Shown: positions 53,011 to 64,000 of the stretch, piece after piece | How positions within the stretch are numbered: position 1 is the first letter of the stretch | How the letters are laid out: every line of letters begins with the position of its first letter | Assembly (NCBI GenBank): GCA_041179645.1 | Contig: JBEGSZ010000013.1 | Span: 153,036 to 217,035 of the forward strand | Direction: 5' to 3' | DNA: 64,000 nucleotides | From: Pseudomonadota bacterium | GTDB taxonomy: Bacteria; Pseudomonadota; Gammaproteobacteria; Burkholderiales; Burkholderiaceae | Notes under the pieces: generated by a model | The model's input: only the letters and a program-made list of their open reading frames with translations | Databases searched by the model: none | What the model was told of the DNA's origin: nothing | Translations under genes and position numbers: made by a program

Positions 53011-54369
53011 GTGGCTGGTAAAGTTGGTTTTGTTTCCTTGGGATGCCCCAAGGCGCTGGTAGATTCCGAGCTCATCCTCACTCAATTAAGTGCTGAAGGC
53101 TACGAAACTGCCAAGGATTATTCTGGCGCCGATCTGGTGGTTGTTAATACTTGTGGCTTTATTGATTCTGCCGTAGAAGAAAGTCTTGCTGCGATTGGTG
53201 AAGCTTTATCTGAGAACGGCAAGGTCATTGTTACGGGTTGTCTTGGCGCTCGTAAAAATGCAGATGGTAGCGATCTCATTCAGAGCATTCACCCCAAAGT
53301 CCTTGCCGTTACTGGCCCGCACGCTACCCAAGAGGTAATGCAGGCTATTCATTTGCACCTGCCAAAGCCTCACGATCCCTTTACTGATTTACTGCCGCCG
53401 ATTGGTGTGAAGCTCACGCCAAAGCATTATGCATATCTCAAGATCTCCGAAGGTTGTAATCATCGTTGCACCTTCTGTATCATTCCTAGCTTGCGTGGCG
53501 ATCTGGTTTCACGCCCGATTGGTGAGGTATTACTAGAGGCAAAAAAACTTTTTGAATCCGGCGTAAAAGAATTGCTGGTAGTTTCTCAAGACACGAGTGC
53601 CTATGGTGTTGATATTCAATATCGCACTGGATTTTGGGATGGTAAGCCTGTTAAAACTCGCATGTTTGATTTAGTTAATGCTTTAAACCAAATTGCACGA
53701 GAGCATCAAGCGTGGGTTCGTTTGCATTACGTTTACCCTTATCCGCACGTCGATGATGTTCTGCCTTTAATGGCGGAGTATTCTGATCATGGCTATGGCG
53801 TACTGCCTTATTTAGATATTCCTTTGCAGCACGCGCATCCAGATGTGCTCAAGCGTATGAAGCGTCCTGCAAGCGGGGAAAAGAATTTAGAGCGTATTCA
53901 GGCCTGGCGAGCAGCTTGCCCAGACTTGGTGATTCGCAGTACCTTTATCGCTGGGTTCCCTGGCGAGACTGAGGAAGAGTTTGAGTATCTTCTCAACTTC
54001 TTAGATGAAGCTCAAATTGATCGTGCTGGCTGTTTTGCTTATTCACCGGTGGATGGTGCAACTGCTAATGCCCTAGATAACCCAGTTCCAGATGCATTAC
54101 GCGAAGATCGCCGAGCCCGTTTTATGGCCAAGGCCGAAGAAATCTCAACAAATCGACTTGCTAAAAAAATAGGCAAGCGGGTTCAGGTCATCATTGATCG
54201 CGTGGATGATTCCGGTGGAATAGGCAGAACTATTGGCGATGCCCCTGAAATTGATGGTTTGGTGAGGGTTTTACCACCAAGTAAACCTTCAAAACGGTAT
54301 CGCGCTGGCGAGATCATCAAAGCAACGGTTATTAGCTCCCAAGGGCATGACCTAATAGCCGAAACTTGA
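53011..54369 (+). CDS. rimO: Ribosomal protein S12 methylthiotransferase
   Basis: [13 protein letters not shown], radical [12 protein letters not shown]-terminal TRAM APEIDG. Confidence 0.96.
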   Translation: MAGKVGFVSLGCPKALVDSELILTQLSAEGYETAKDYSGADLVVVNTCGFIDSAVEESLAAIGEALSENGKVIVTGCLGARKNADGSDLIQSIHPKVLAVTGPHATQEVMQAIHLHLPKPHDPFTDLLPPIGVKLTPKHYAYLKISEGCNHRCTFCIIPSLRGDLVSRPIGEVLLEAKKLFESGVKELLVVSQDTSAYGVDIQYRTGFWDGKPVKTRMFDLVNALNQIAREHQAWVRLHYVYPYPHVDDVLPLMAEYSDHGYGVLPYLDIPLQHAHPDVLKRMKRPASGEKNLERIQAWRAACPDLVIRSTFIAGFPGETEEEFEYLLNFLDEAQIDRAGCFAYSPVDGATANALDNPVPDALREDRRARFMAKAEEISTNRLAKKIGKRVQVIIDRVDDSGGIGRTIGDAPEIDGLVRVLPPSKPSKRYRAGEIIKATVISSQGHDLIAET

Positions 54370-54448
54370 CTATTGGAATAAAAATAGTGTTTTGACCTAT
54401 TGTTGGGGTCAATATTTTGCCTAATTTGGCACCGTAAAGGGGATTGAT

Positions 54449-55633
54449 ATGAGTCGTGATGTCGTCGTTTTAAGTGCTGTACGTTCAGCAATTGGTACTT
54501 TCAATGGATCACTGAGTAGCCTTGAGCCGTCTGAGCTCGGCGGTATCGTCATGAAGGAAGCGGTTGCGCGCTCTGGTGTCAATCCAGCCTTAATTAATTA
54601 TGTTACCGTTGGCAACACCATTCCTACTGACAACCGTTACGCCTATGTTGCGCGTGTAGCCTCCATTCAAGCTGGTCTGCCAATGGAATCGGTTGCGATG
54701 GCTTTGAATCGTTTGTGCAGCTCTGGTTTGCAAGCAATTGTGACGACTGCTCAGCAAATTATGTTGGGTGACTGCGATTACGGCATCGGCGGTGGCGTTG
54801 AAGTGATGTCACGCGGTATGTATGGTTCACCGGCAATGCGCAGTGGTGCACGTATGGGTGACACCAAAATGATTGACTTAATGGTTTCTGTTCTCACTGA
54901 TCCATTTGGCGTTGGACATATGGGCGTTACAGCAGAGAACCTCGTTGAGAAATGGAAGCTAACTCGTGAAGAGCAAGACGCTCTAGCAGTTGAATCTCAT
55001 CGTCGTGCAGCACACGCAATTAAAGAAGGTCGCTTCAAATCACAAATCGTTCCAATCACTATCAAAACTCGTAAGGGTGATGTGGTGTTTGATACAGATG
55101 AACATTGCAAGCCGGATACCACTATGGAAACTTTGGCGAAGATGAAGGCTGTCTTCAAAAAAGAGGGTGGTAGTGTTACTGCAGGTAATGCATCAGGCAT
55201 TAATGATGGTGCAGCATTTTTTGTATTGGCTGAAGCTGAAGCGGCTAAGAAAGCCGGCCATAAGCCAATCGCTCGCTTAGTTTCTTACGCCGTTGCTGGT
55301 GTGCCCAACCACATTATGGGTGAAGGTCCAATCCCGGCAACTAAGATTGCTCTGGAGCGTGCTGGCCTCAAATTAGATCAAATTGACGTGATCGAATCAA
55401 ATGAAGCGTTTGCTGCACAGGCTTTGGCTGTAACTAAGGGCTTGGGTCTTGATCCAGCCAAGACTAACGTCAACGGTGGAGCAATTGCATTGGGTCACCC
55501 AATCGGCTGCTCTGGTGCCGCTATTGCCACTAAGGCTATTCATGAACTACATCGTGTTCAGGGTAAATATGCTTTGGTCACAATGTGTATTGGTGGTGGT
55601 CAAGGTATCGCAACTATTTTTGAGCGCCTGTAA
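54449..55633 (+). CDS. bktB: Beta-ketothiolase BktB-like
   Basis: NRLCSSGLQA, NEAFAAQ, GHPIG, CIGGGQG; HMGVTAEN and position after rimO. Confidence 0.85.
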   Translation: MSRDVVVLSAVRSAIGTFNGSLSSLEPSELGGIVMKEAVARSGVNPALINYVTVGNTIPTDNRYAYVARVASIQAGLPMESVAMALNRLCSSGLQAIVTTAQQIMLGDCDYGIGGGVEVMSRGMYGSPAMRSGARMGDTKMIDLMVSVLTDPFGVGHMGVTAENLVEKWKLTREEQDALAVESHRRAAHAIKEGRFKSQIVPITIKTRKGDVVFDTDEHCKPDTTMETLAKMKAVFKKEGGSVTAGNASGINDGAAFFVLAEAEAAKKAGHKPIARLVSYAVAGVPNHIMGEGPIPATKIALERAGLKLDQIDVIESNEAFAAQALAVTKGLGLDPAKTNVNGGAIALGHPIGCSGAAIATKAIHELHRVQGKYALVTMCIGGGQGIATIFERL

Positions 55634-55671
55634 TCAGTGCTCATTCGCTGCATTAGCCTAAACCAAGTGCG

Positions 55672-56562
55672 TTAGGCAAGCAGCACTAAAGCAGCATCCA
55701 AGCCGACTCGGTCAAAAGCCGCGTCGGCTTTTTCTTTGACGATTGGTTTTGCTTTATAGGCAATACTGATTCCAGAGCCGTGCATCATTGGCAGGTCATT
55801 TGAGCCATCACCCATGGTGATGGAGTTACCTTTATTGCAACTCATGAGAACGCAGGCTTTTTCTAGATACAAATTCTTCGCCGCACCATCAACGATGTCG
55901 CCAATGACTTTACCGGTCAGCTTGCCGTCAATGATTTCTAAGGTATTTGCTTGGGCTTGCTTGAAGCCCAACTCCTGTTGGAGTTTTTGGGTAAAGAAAG
56001 TGAAGCCTCCAGAAACTAGCAAGGTGTACAAGCCTTTAGCATTTGCCCCGGCTAGCAATTCAGCGGCGCCAGGGTTAGGTCGTAAACGTTCGCGATAGAC
56101 TGAGTCCAATACATCAGCAGACACACCCTCTAGAAGGGCTACGCGTCTGCGTAAGCTTTCTTTAAAGTCTTTAATTTCTCCGCGCATAGTGGCTTCAGTG
56201 ATTTCAGAAACCGCTGCCTTCTTTCCAGTGAAATCTGCTATCTCATCAATGCACTCGATATTAATAAGAGTCGAGTCCATATCCATTGCCAGCACCTTCA
56301 CATCGCTTGGAGTAAATTTTGGGGAAAGAAAAGCTAAATCCGCCTCGTATGCAGCGGCAATATTACGCATAGCAACCCTTGCTTCGGGCAGCAAGGCATG
56401 AGAGCAGGTCCAACGGTTAGTGAAATATTTCAAGTCACTTTGCTGGTTGCTGTCCTTTGCAATCTCAATGCCTAAGACTTTCGCATGCGCAATCAACGCA
56501 GTATTTAATTGCGAAGTGATTGGGTTGTTGGCAAGTGCTACAAGAGTAAGGTGCTTAGACAT
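55672..56562 (-). CDS. serB: Phosphoserine phosphatase
   Basis: HAD motifs MDMDSTLI, VSGGF, GDGSNDL; start trimmed to MSKHL. Confidence 0.93.
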   Translation of the reverse strand: MSKHLTLVALANNPITSQLNTALIAHAKVLGIEIAKDSNQQSDLKYFTNRWTCSHALLPEARVAMRNIAAAYEADLAFLSPKFTPSDVKVLAMDMDSTLINIECIDEIADFTGKKAAVSEITEATMRGEIKDFKESLRRRVALLEGVSADVLDSVYRERLRPNPGAAELLAGANAKGLYTLLVSGGFTFFTQKLQQELGFKQAQANTLEIIDGKLTGKVIGDIVDGAAKNLYLEKACVLMSCNKGNSITMGDGSNDLPMMHGSGISIAYKAKPIVKEKADAAFDRVGLDAALVLLA

Positions 56563-56581
56563 GGGTATTAACGATCGGTAA

Positions 56582-59500
56582 TTAATTTGCTTGAGCAGTA
56601 TTGAGCATCGCAGATTCATTAAGACTTCTGAGAATTCTACGAATATGGTCAAGGCGTTGCTCTAGTTTCTCAAAATCCTTCTCTTTTTGGGGAAGAATTT
56701 TTAACTTATCTTGCCCATTAAGTTGAATGAATTTAGATGACTGAATCAATTGAATAATCTTCATCGGGTCAATCGGAGGGTTGGGGATGAACTGAATCTG
56801 AATGGATGCTGGGCTAGCATCAATCTTCTTGATTCCAAAGCCAGCCATTTCTAGGCGTAAACGATGGGTTTCATATAGGGACTTGGCTTGGTCGGGCAAG
56901 TCGCCATATCGATCCACTAGCTCTTCACGCAATCCCATGAGTTCAGAGAAATCATTTGTACCAGCGAAGCGCTTGTACATGGAGAGTCGCTCATGAACAT
57001 CGGGGCAATAGTCATTCGGGAAGAGGGCGGGTACACCGAGATTGACATCAGTAGTTGCCTGTAGCGGAGATAGTAGATCGGGCTCTTTACCGCTACGCAA
57101 GGACTTGACTGCACGATTGAGCATCTCGGTGTAGAGCTGAAATCCAATTTCATGAATTTCTCCAGATTGCTTATCACCCAGGACTTCGCCTGCACCGCGA
57201 ATTTCTAAATCATGCATCGCCAAATAGAAACCAGATCCCAGCTCTTCCATAGCTTGAATGGCATTTAAACGCAATTGCGCTTGCTTACTAAGAGCCTCTG
57301 GATCCGGAACTAGCAAATAAGCATAGGCTTGGTGGTGAGAGCGACCAACACGACCGCGCAATTGATGTAATTGCGCTAATCCAAACTTATCGGCGCGATG
57401 CATGATGATGGTGTTAGCAGTCGGAACGTCAATACCTGTTTCAATAATGGTGGTGCACAACAAGATGTTGGTGCGTTGAGTCACAAACTCACGCATGACT
57501 GATTCCAGTTCACGCTCATGCATTTGACCGTGAGCAACGCTAATGCGTGCCTCGGGAATTAGTTCTTGCAATGCATGCTTCCGATTCTGAATGGTTTCAA
57601 CTTCGTTATGTAGGAAGTAAACCTGCCCACCACGCTTAATCTCTCGAAGCACGGCCTCACGAATAACGTCATCACCTTCACGGCGCACAAATGTTTTGAT
57701 GGCCAAACGTTTCTGGGGTGCCGTCGCAATGATCGAGAACTCACGTAAACCTTCCATGGCCATACCAAGAGTTCTCGGAATTGGCGTGGCAGTCAAAGTC
57801 AAAATATCCACTTCAGCACGCAAAGCTTTAAGCGCGTCCTTTTGTCTCACACCAAAGCGATGCTCCTCATCCACAATTACCAAGCCTAAATTGGCGAACT
57901 GCGTTTCTTTTGATAGCAGCTTATGGGTGCCAATAATGATGTCAGCCTCGCCTTTGGCTATTGCTTCAAGTGCTGCATTAATTTCTTTAGTGGTTTTAAA
58001 GCGTGAGAGCTCAACAATGCGCACAGGCCAATCGGCAAAGCGATCTTTCCAGGTTGCAACGTGTTGTTCGGCGAGTAGGGTAGTTGGCGCCAAGATGGCC
58101 ACTTGCTTGCCACCCATCACCGCAACAAAGCTGGCGCGCAGGGCAACCTCGGTTTTACCGAAGCCCACATCACCGCATACTAGTCGATCCATTGGCGTGC
58201 CGCTGGTCATATCACCAATCACTGCTGCAATCGCATTTGCTTGATCTGGCGTTTCTTCAAATCCAAAGCTTTCGGCAAAGGCGGCGTAGTCATGGGCTGA
58301 AAATTCGAAGGCATGACCTTTGCGAATGGCTCTTGCTGCATATAGGCTTAATAGCTCAGCAGCGGTATCCCGAATTTGTTGCGCAGCCTTACGTCTTGCC
58401 TTATCCCACTGGCCAGAACCCAATTGATGCAATGGTGCTGAGTCCGGATCAGATCCCGCATATCGAGTCACCATTTGTAGTTGTTGCACTGGTACATACA
58501 GGGTTGCATCTTTGGCGTAAACCAAATGTAGGAACTCTTCAAAAATAGGCTCTTCTTTGGGCGGCGCTAGATTCAGCAACACTAAACCTTGATAGCGACC
58601 AATGCCATGATCGGAATGAACAACAGGGTCTCCAATCTTGAGCTCAGATAAATCCTTAAAGAGCATATCCGGATCGGCGCCCTCACTTTCTTTACCCTTG
58701 CGTCGTTGACGTGCTGTGGTGGTAAAGAGTTCAGCCTCGGTAACGACGATGAGGTTTTCCGCCGGCCAAGTAAAGCCGTTAAAGAGTTGCGCTGTGACCA
58801 AGCCAAATAGCGCATCACTCTTAATAAAGTCAGCAACTCCTTCAAAGCCTTCTGGCTTTAGTGGGTACAGTGGTTTGCCATTTTGTCCAGCAACTGAATT
58901 GCTCTCCTCAAAGAGCTGGCGAATGGATTCTTTGCGACCATTGCTATCGCTGCAGATCAGTACGCGTACTTTTTCTAGAGAGACTAATGCACGTAAGCGA
59001 TTAATAGGGTCAGCATCTCGACGATGGACTGCTAAATCAGGAACAGCTAAAAATTGTGGAGCGGCTTTTGATTCTTTATCCGCCTCTTTATCCAATGCCA
59101 AACGCGCATTGGGTTTAGCTGCTGTAAAGAACTGATCAACATCTAGGAATAACTCTGCCGGCGGGAGAATAGGGCGATCAAGATCATGCTTTAAGAATTC
59201 ATATCTAGAAAGCGTATCTTTCCAAAAGCTCTTAATAGATTCTTCAACATCACCGATGCTGACTAGCCAGACGGGGTCGCCTGAGCGGGGGAAGTAATCA
59301 AAGACTGTCGATGACTCTTCAAAGAAGAGGGGTAAATACGATTCGATACCAGCACTGGGGATTCCGAGGTTGGCATCTTTATAAATTGAACAACGCGATG
59401 GATCGCCTTCAAATACTTCGCGCCACCTACCGCGGAAGGCGGTACGTGAAGCATCGTCAAATGGAAATTCATGTCCCGGTAATAGGCGAACTTCTTTGAC

Positions 59501-60136
59501 GGGATAAAGGCTTCGCTGGGTATCGGGATCAAAAGCTCGAATTTGCTCAATCTCATCACCAAAGAGGTCCAGTCGATAAGGCAGGCTAGAGCCCATTGGA
59601 AATAAATCAATTAGTCCACCGCGAATGCTGTATTCGCCGGGACGCATTACAGCACTGACGGGATCGTAGCCAGCTTGCTGCAGCTGAAGTTTTAGCGCAG
59701 CCTCATTGAGATTGTCACCCTGCCTGAAAAAGAAGGTATGACCAGACAAAAAGTTTGGCGGCCCGAGTCGCTGTAATGCAGTGGTGATGGGCACCAAGAC
59801 AATGTCGCAACTGCCATTGAGTAATTCATAGAGCGTTGCTAAGCGCTCTGAGACCAAGTCCTGGTGTGGTGAGAAATGGTCATACGGCAGAATTTCCCAA
59901 TCGGGCAGTAGGCGTGTTTTGAGTTGCGGCGCAAAAGCCGGAATTTCCTCTAAAAGCCGCTGGGCTTCCTGCGCCTGAGCGCAGAAAATAACCATGACTG
60001 AGAATTCAGATCGATAGCGAAGGGCAGATTGAGCGATTAATGCAGCATCTGAAGAGCCAACTAAGCCCGAAAAGGTAAAGCGCTGCCCAGCCCGGGGTGC
60101 GGGTATGGGGGGTGCTAGTTTTAATGCATCAGACAT
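56582..60136 (-). CDS. mfd: Transcription-repair coupling factor
   Basis: LPYDHFSPH, CGDVGFGKTEVA, DEEHRFG, QLRGRVGRS, DLEIRGAG. Confidence 0.98.
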   Translation of the reverse strand: MSDALKLAPPIPAPRAGQRFTFSGLVGSSDAALIAQSALRYRSEFSVMVIFCAQAQEAQRLLEEIPAFAPQLKTRLLPDWEILPYDHFSPHQDLVSERLATLYELLNGSCDIVLVPITTALQRLGPPNFLSGHTFFFRQGDNLNEAALKLQLQQAGYDPVSAVMRPGEYSIRGGLIDLFPMGSSLPYRLDLFGDEIEQIRAFDPDTQRSLYPVKEVRLLPGHEFPFDDASRTAFRGRWREVFEGDPSRCSIYKDANLGIPSAGIESYLPLFFEESSTVFDYFPRSGDPVWLVSIGDVEESIKSFWKDTLSRYEFLKHDLDRPILPPAELFLDVDQFFTAAKPNARLALDKEADKESKAAPQFLAVPDLAVHRRDADPINRLRALVSLEKVRVLICSDSNGRKESIRQLFEESNSVAGQNGKPLYPLKPEGFEGVADFIKSDALFGLVTAQLFNGFTWPAENLIVVTEAELFTTTARQRRKGKESEGADPDMLFKDLSELKIGDPVVHSDHGIGRYQGLVLLNLAPPKEEPIFEEFLHLVYAKDATLYVPVQQLQMVTRYAGSDPDSAPLHQLGSGQWDKARRKAAQQIRDTAAELLSLYAARAIRKGHAFEFSAHDYAAFAESFGFEETPDQANAIAAVIGDMTSGTPMDRLVCGDVGFGKTEVALRASFVAVMGGKQVAILAPTTLLAEQHVATWKDRFADWPVRIVELSRFKTTKEINAALEAIAKGEADIIIGTHKLLSKETQFANLGLVIVDEEHRFGVRQKDALKALRAEVDILTLTATPIPRTLGMAMEGLREFSIIATAPQKRLAIKTFVRREGDDVIREAVLREIKRGGQVYFLHNEVETIQNRKHALQELIPEARISVAHGQMHERELESVMREFVTQRTNILLCTTIIETGIDVPTANTIIMHRADKFGLAQLHQLRGRVGRSHHQAYAYLLVPDPEALSKQAQLRLNAIQAMEELGSGFYLAMHDLEIRGAGEVLGDKQSGEIHEIGFQLYTEMLNRAVKSLRSGKEPDLLSPLQATTDVNLGVPALFPNDYCPDVHERLSMYKRFAGTNDFSELMGLREELVDRYGDLPDQAKSLYETHRLRLEMAGFGIKKIDASPASIQIQFIPNPPIDPMKIIQLIQSSKFIQLNGQDKLKILPQKEKDFEKLEQRLDHIRRILRSLNESAMLNTAQAN

Positions 60137-60159
60137 CTGCGATCATTATAGAATCAGGT

Positions 60160-60909
60160 ATGGACGCAGCCAATCAATCTTCACCCCAATGTCACGCCTT
60201 GTTACCTACGGCTGGAACGGGATCGAGACTTGGTGGAGTTTTGCCAAAACAGTTTCAGGAGTTGGCGGGCAAGCCTATGTTGGCTTATGCCTTAGACGCA
60301 TTTGTTAGGGCGCCAGAAATTGCATCAATTTGGGTTGGTGTCAGCCCCGGATTTATTGACAACCCGATCTTAGATTCGCTTTCTAATAAGTCTGCTTCTA
60401 TCCATTTCCTTCCGAGCGGTGGCTCAACCCGCCAAGAAACTGTCAGAAATACGCTGGCGGCGATGCTGAAGTCAGGCATTCCGGAAACAGACTGGGTCTT
60501 GGTTCATGACGCTGCTCGACCCGGTATATCTGTGGAGCTGATTCAAAAACTGATTCGTGCAGTCACGCAGGCTGGTGAGGGCGGTCTCTTGGCAATGCCT
60601 TTAGCGGATACCTTAAAAATGGCTGATGCCAACTCCGCAATTGCTGGCAACCCCAATAGGGCAATGAAGACGATTTCTAGAGATCATCTTTGGCAGGCAC
60701 AAACACCCCAGATGTTTGGCCTAAAGCGCTTGCATGATGCAATTGAAGAGGGAATACGACTTGAGGCCGATATTACCGATGAGGCAAGTGCAATGGAACT
60801 CTCAGGCTCTAGCCCATTATTAATAGAGGGAGCTACTCGCAACCTCAAAGTAACTCACCCAGCAGATTGGGATTTGATGCAAACCATCTTGCAGGCCTCC
60901 TGCAAATAA
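60160..60909 (+). CDS. ispD: 2-C-methyl-D-erythritol 4-phosphate cytidylyltransferase
   Basis: [34 protein letters not shown]. Confidence 0.95.
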   Translation: MDAANQSSPQCHALLPTAGTGSRLGGVLPKQFQELAGKPMLAYALDAFVRAPEIASIWVGVSPGFIDNPILDSLSNKSASIHFLPSGGSTRQETVRNTLAAMLKSGIPETDWVLVHDAARPGISVELIQKLIRAVTQAGEGGLLAMPLADTLKMADANSAIAGNPNRAMKTISRDHLWQAQTPQMFGLKRLHDAIEEGIRLEADITDEASAMELSGSSPLLIEGATRNLKVTHPADWDLMQTILQASCK

Positions 60910-60935
60910 GATTTCGAACCTATATCGACAACCCT

Positions 60936-61439
60936 ATGACTTCAAGCGCCCCTCACATCCCCCAGTTTCGTATTGGTCAAGGTTACGACGTTCATGCCCT
61001 GGTTGCGAACCGTAAGCTGATATTGGGCGGCGTTCATGTCCCCAGCAATAAAGGTCTATTAGGGCATTCGGATGCAGATGCCTTATTGCATGCGTTAACC
61101 GATGCTTTGCTGGGTGCGGCGGGGCTCAATGATATTGGCCAGCTATTTCCAGATACTGATCCCCAGTTTAAGGATATGGACAGCCGAATTTTGCTCAGAG
61201 CCGCTCTTCAGAAGATTCAGGCTGCAGGGTTTCAGGTGGGTAACGTCGATGCGACAATTATTTGCCAAAAGCCTAAATTAGCCACTTTTTTACCCGATAT
61301 GGTCCGCAATATCGCAGCAGACTTGGCGGTTACAGCAAGTCACGTCAACCTCAAAGCCAAAACCAATGAATCCCTTGGGCACCTGGGTAGAGGTGAGGGT
61401 ATTGCAGTCCATGCAGTGGCTTTGCTCTACAAGGCCTAA
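60936..61439 (+). CDS. ispF: 2-C-methyl-D-erythritol 2,4-cyclodiphosphate synthase
   Basis: [29 protein letters not shown]. Confidence 0.96.
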   Translation: MTSSAPHIPQFRIGQGYDVHALVANRKLILGGVHVPSNKGLLGHSDADALLHALTDALLGAAGLNDIGQLFPDTDPQFKDMDSRILLRAALQKIQAAGFQVGNVDATIICQKPKLATFLPDMVRNIAADLAVTASHVNLKAKTNESLGHLGRGEGIAVHAVALLYKA

Positions 61440-61520
61440 ATATCCTCCAAAACCACTAAGCATTGTAGAATTACGGTCTTTAGAGTGAAGCTTCAGCTCG
61501 GTAGTGTTTGCGGAATTCGC

Positions 61521-61607
61521 GCGAGGATGGCGAAATTGGTAGACGCACCAGGTTTAGGTCCTGACGCCAGCAATGGTGTGGGGGTTCGAGTCCCCCTCCT
61601 CGCACCA
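61521..61607 (+). tRNA. tRNA-Leu(TAG)
   Basis: GCGAGGA/TCCTCGC acceptor, CCAGG-TT-TAG-GT-CCTGA, long variable arm, GTTCGAGTC, CCA. Confidence 0.95.
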
Positions 61608-61663
61608 CAAGATTGCTACTTGGCTTGGGCTTCACATATCCGATTTTCAATTAAGAGACGAGA

Positions 61664-63001
61664 ATGGCTGTGCAGATAGAAAATTTAGGTCAGTTAGACC
61701 GCAAAGTGACCTTAGAGTTCGCTCGTGCCGATTTGGCTAAGGCAAGAGAAGACCGTTTGGCTAAATTGGGTAAGACCATGAAAGCCCCAGGCTTCCGTCC
61801 AGGCAAAGTACCTAAGAACATGGTTGAGAAGCAATACGGTATGCAAGTGGATTTCGAGCTCCAGTTCGATAAAGCTCAAGAGCTCTTCTATGACTTAGCC
61901 CAAAAAGAAAAAATCCTTTTGGCTGGCCAACCACGCCTTGACCCAAAGTCAGAACTAGACGCAGACAAAATTGTCTTTGATGCTTACTTTGAAGTGTTAC
62001 CAGAAGTAAAGATTGGCGACTTCAGCAAAGCAGAAGTGACTAAGTACACAACCGATATCTCCGATGCAGAAATTGATCGCGCATTAGATGTATTGCGCAA
62101 ACAGCAAGTTCATTACCATCCACGCGGTGAAGCTGGCGCACATGGCGATGGCGGTGCAAACACAGCTGCTCAAGCTGGCGACCAGGTTGTAATCGACTTC
62201 GTTGGCAAGATCGATGGCGTTGAATTTGCCGGCGGTAAAGCTGAAAACTTTGAATACGTTCTCGGCGAAGGCCGCATGCTCCCAGAATTTGAAGCTGCTA
62301 CATTGGGCCTCAAAGCAGGTGAGAGCAAGACTTTCCCATTAAGCTTCCCAGCGGACTACCACGGTAAAGACGTTGCTGGTAAGACTGCTGATTTCACTAT
62401 CACTGTGAAGTCAGTGAACTGGGCACACCTGCCGGCTATTGATGATGCATTTGCATTGTCTTTAGGCGTTACTGAAGGTGGCGTTGCCAAAATGCGTGAA
62501 GAAGTAAAAGAAAATTTAGATCGTGAAACAAAACGTCGCATTACTGCCTTGTTAAAAGGTGAGGTAATGGAGAAGCTCAATAGCCTTTGCGAACTCGACG
62601 CACCAAAATCTTTGGTTGCTCAAGAGCAAGAGCGTTTGGTTGACTCAGCACGTCAAGACTTGATGCAGCGCGGCATTCCTAATGCGAAAGATGCACCAAT
62701 TCCTGCTGAGATGTTTGCTGAACAAGCTCTCAAGCGTGTTCGCCTTGGTTTGATTTTGAGCGACTTGGTTAAGCAGCAAAACTTGGCTGCAACTGCAGAT
62801 CAAATCAAAGCTGAAATTGATGAACAAGCTGCTACATACGAAGATCCTAAAGAGGTAGTACGTTGGTTCTATAGCAATCCAAGCCGCCTCAAAGATATCG
62901 AGAACTTGGTATTAGAAGATAACGTGATTAAGTATTTCACTTCGCAAGCTAAAGTGATCGATAAAGCAGTTACCTTCGAAGAACTCAGCAAGCTCAACTA
63001 A
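61664..63001 (+). CDS. tig: Trigger factor
   Basis: GFRPGKVP ribosome-binding motif, FKBP domain, FPADYH; upstream of clpP. Confidence 0.97.
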   Translation: MAVQIENLGQLDRKVTLEFARADLAKAREDRLAKLGKTMKAPGFRPGKVPKNMVEKQYGMQVDFELQFDKAQELFYDLAQKEKILLAGQPRLDPKSELDADKIVFDAYFEVLPEVKIGDFSKAEVTKYTTDISDAEIDRALDVLRKQQVHYHPRGEAGAHGDGGANTAAQAGDQVVIDFVGKIDGVEFAGGKAENFEYVLGEGRMLPEFEAATLGLKAGESKTFPLSFPADYHGKDVAGKTADFTITVKSVNWAHLPAIDDAFALSLGVTEGGVAKMREEVKENLDRETKRRITALLKGEVMEKLNSLCELDAPKSLVAQEQERLVDSARQDLMQRGIPNAKDAPIPAEMFAEQALKRVRLGLILSDLVKQQNLAATADQIKAEIDEQAATYEDPKEVVRWFYSNPSRLKDIENLVLEDNVIKYFTSQAKVIDKAVTFEELSKLN

Positions 63002-63027
63002 GTATTTATTAATAAAGGCCTGATCAC

Positions 63028-63657
63028 ATGAACCAGAATCATTTCCAGTCTGAGAATTTAGAACCCAAAGGTTTGGGTTTAGTTCCAATGGTGATTGAAA
63101 CCTCTGGTCGAGGTGAGAGAGCCTATGATATTTACTCTCGCTTACTGAGAGAGCGCGTTGTTTTCTTGGTTGGCGAAGTAAATGATCAAACAGCAAACTT
63201 AGTGATTGCGCAGTTGCTATTCCTTGAGAGCGAAAATCCAGATAAAGAAATTTCTCTGTACATCAATTCTCCTGGCGGTTCTGTTTCTGCGGGTCTAGCA
63301 ATCTACGACACAATGCAATTCATCAAGCCACATGTCAGCACTTTGTGCATGGGTATGGCTGCGAGCATGGGGGCATTTTTGTTGTGTGCTGGCGAGAAAG
63401 GTAAGCGTTATGCATTGCCTAATTCACGCGTGATGATTCATCAGCCATTAGGCGGTGCACGTGGACAAGCTTCCGATATTGAAATCCAAGCTCGTGAGAT
63501 TCTCTATTTGCGCGAACGCTTGAATAAGATTTTGGCTGATCGCACTGGTCAATCGATCGAAACGATTGCCAAGGACACTGATCGCGATAACTTCATGTCT
63601 GCTGATCAGGCTCAAGAGTATGGCTTGATCGATAAAGTGATCGATAAGCGTCCTTAA
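63028..63657 (+). CDS. clpP: ATP-dependent Clp protease proteolytic subunit
   Basis: [30 protein letters not shown]. Confidence 0.98.
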   Translation: MNQNHFQSENLEPKGLGLVPMVIETSGRGERAYDIYSRLLRERVVFLVGEVNDQTANLVIAQLLFLESENPDKEISLYINSPGGSVSAGLAIYDTMQFIKPHVSTLCMGMAASMGAFLLCAGEKGKRYALPNSRVMIHQPLGGARGQASDIEIQAREILYLRERLNKILADRTGQSIETIAKDTDRDNFMSADQAQEYGLIDKVIDKRP

Positions 63658-63683
63658 TTCATATTTATTTCTAGATATCCACC

Positions 63684-64000
63684 TTGAGCGATAAAAATAC
63701 TACCAATAGCGCAGATAAAGTTCTGTATTGCTCTTTCTGCGGCAAGAGCCAGCATGAAGTAAAGAAACTGATTGCCGGGCCCTCTGTATTTATTTGCGAT
63801 GAGTGTATCGACTTATGCACTGATGTCATTCAAGAAGAACTCGCCAAGCTTCCTAAGGGTGAGGGTGATGACGCTTTACCAACACCACACCAGATCCGTG
63901 AGAACTTAGACCAATACGTGATTGGTCAAGATCATGCGAAGAAGACTTTGGCTGTAGCGGTTTACAACCACTACAAGCGTTTGCAGTATTTGCCAAAACC
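63684..64000 (+). CDS. clpX: ClpX (partial, 5' end)
   Basis: TTG start, [32 protein letters not shown] zinc-binding domain; open to the window end. Confidence 0.95.
   Translation, partial: MSDKNTTNSADKVLYCSFCGKSQHEVKKLIAGPSVFICDECIDLCTDVIQEELAKLPKGEGDDALPTPHQIRENLDQYVIGQDHAKKTLAVAVYNHYKRLQYLPK

Noticed and set aside
56563-56652. Extended serB start overlapping mfd (and similar extensions of ispD, ispF, phaR, bamD)
   Set aside because: Downstream ATGs remove the overlaps and give typical protein lengths

Overview
Core-chromosome segment of a Burkholderiaceae betaproteobacterium, most likely Polynucleobacter (inferred from gene order, compact intergenics and moderate GC). Main blocks: cysS-alkA-accA-tilS-aspartokinase-tRNA-Ser; a small tRNA-Ser-linked islet (unlisted 59-aa HTH/CxxC protein, secreted protein, Zn-ribbon-Smr protein) and yqjDEK-like genes; apt with a divergent nucleosidase; acyl-CoA ligase; trhP; an orphan beside tRNA-Asn; a thiamine cluster (TPP riboswitch-thiC-thiO-thiS-thiG-thiE, convergent thiD, adjacent Nudix); tRNA-Arg with an inverted DnaA-box pair; CoA-transferase/MFS/small membrane protein; parE-parC; XdhC, MocA-like, Rid, VWA, MoxR and two cytochromes c with a perfect FNR box; a GntR-linked methylmalonyl-CoA operon; tsaB-rimI and a UDG/psi-like protein; lplT, alr, bamD, rluD, pgeF; phaC-phaB-phaR-rimO-bktB without phaA; serB, mfd, ispD, ispF, tRNA-Leu, tig, clpP and partial clpX. 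No integrase, transposase or CRISPR array was seen, and no clearly new multi-gene system is established. The best leads are the tRNA-Ser islet, the DARS-like DnaA-box pair, the UDG/psi-like protein, the MoxR/VWA/XdhC/cytochrome neighbourhood and a recurring leaderless-type promoter layout. All family calls come from motif recognition, not database searches.
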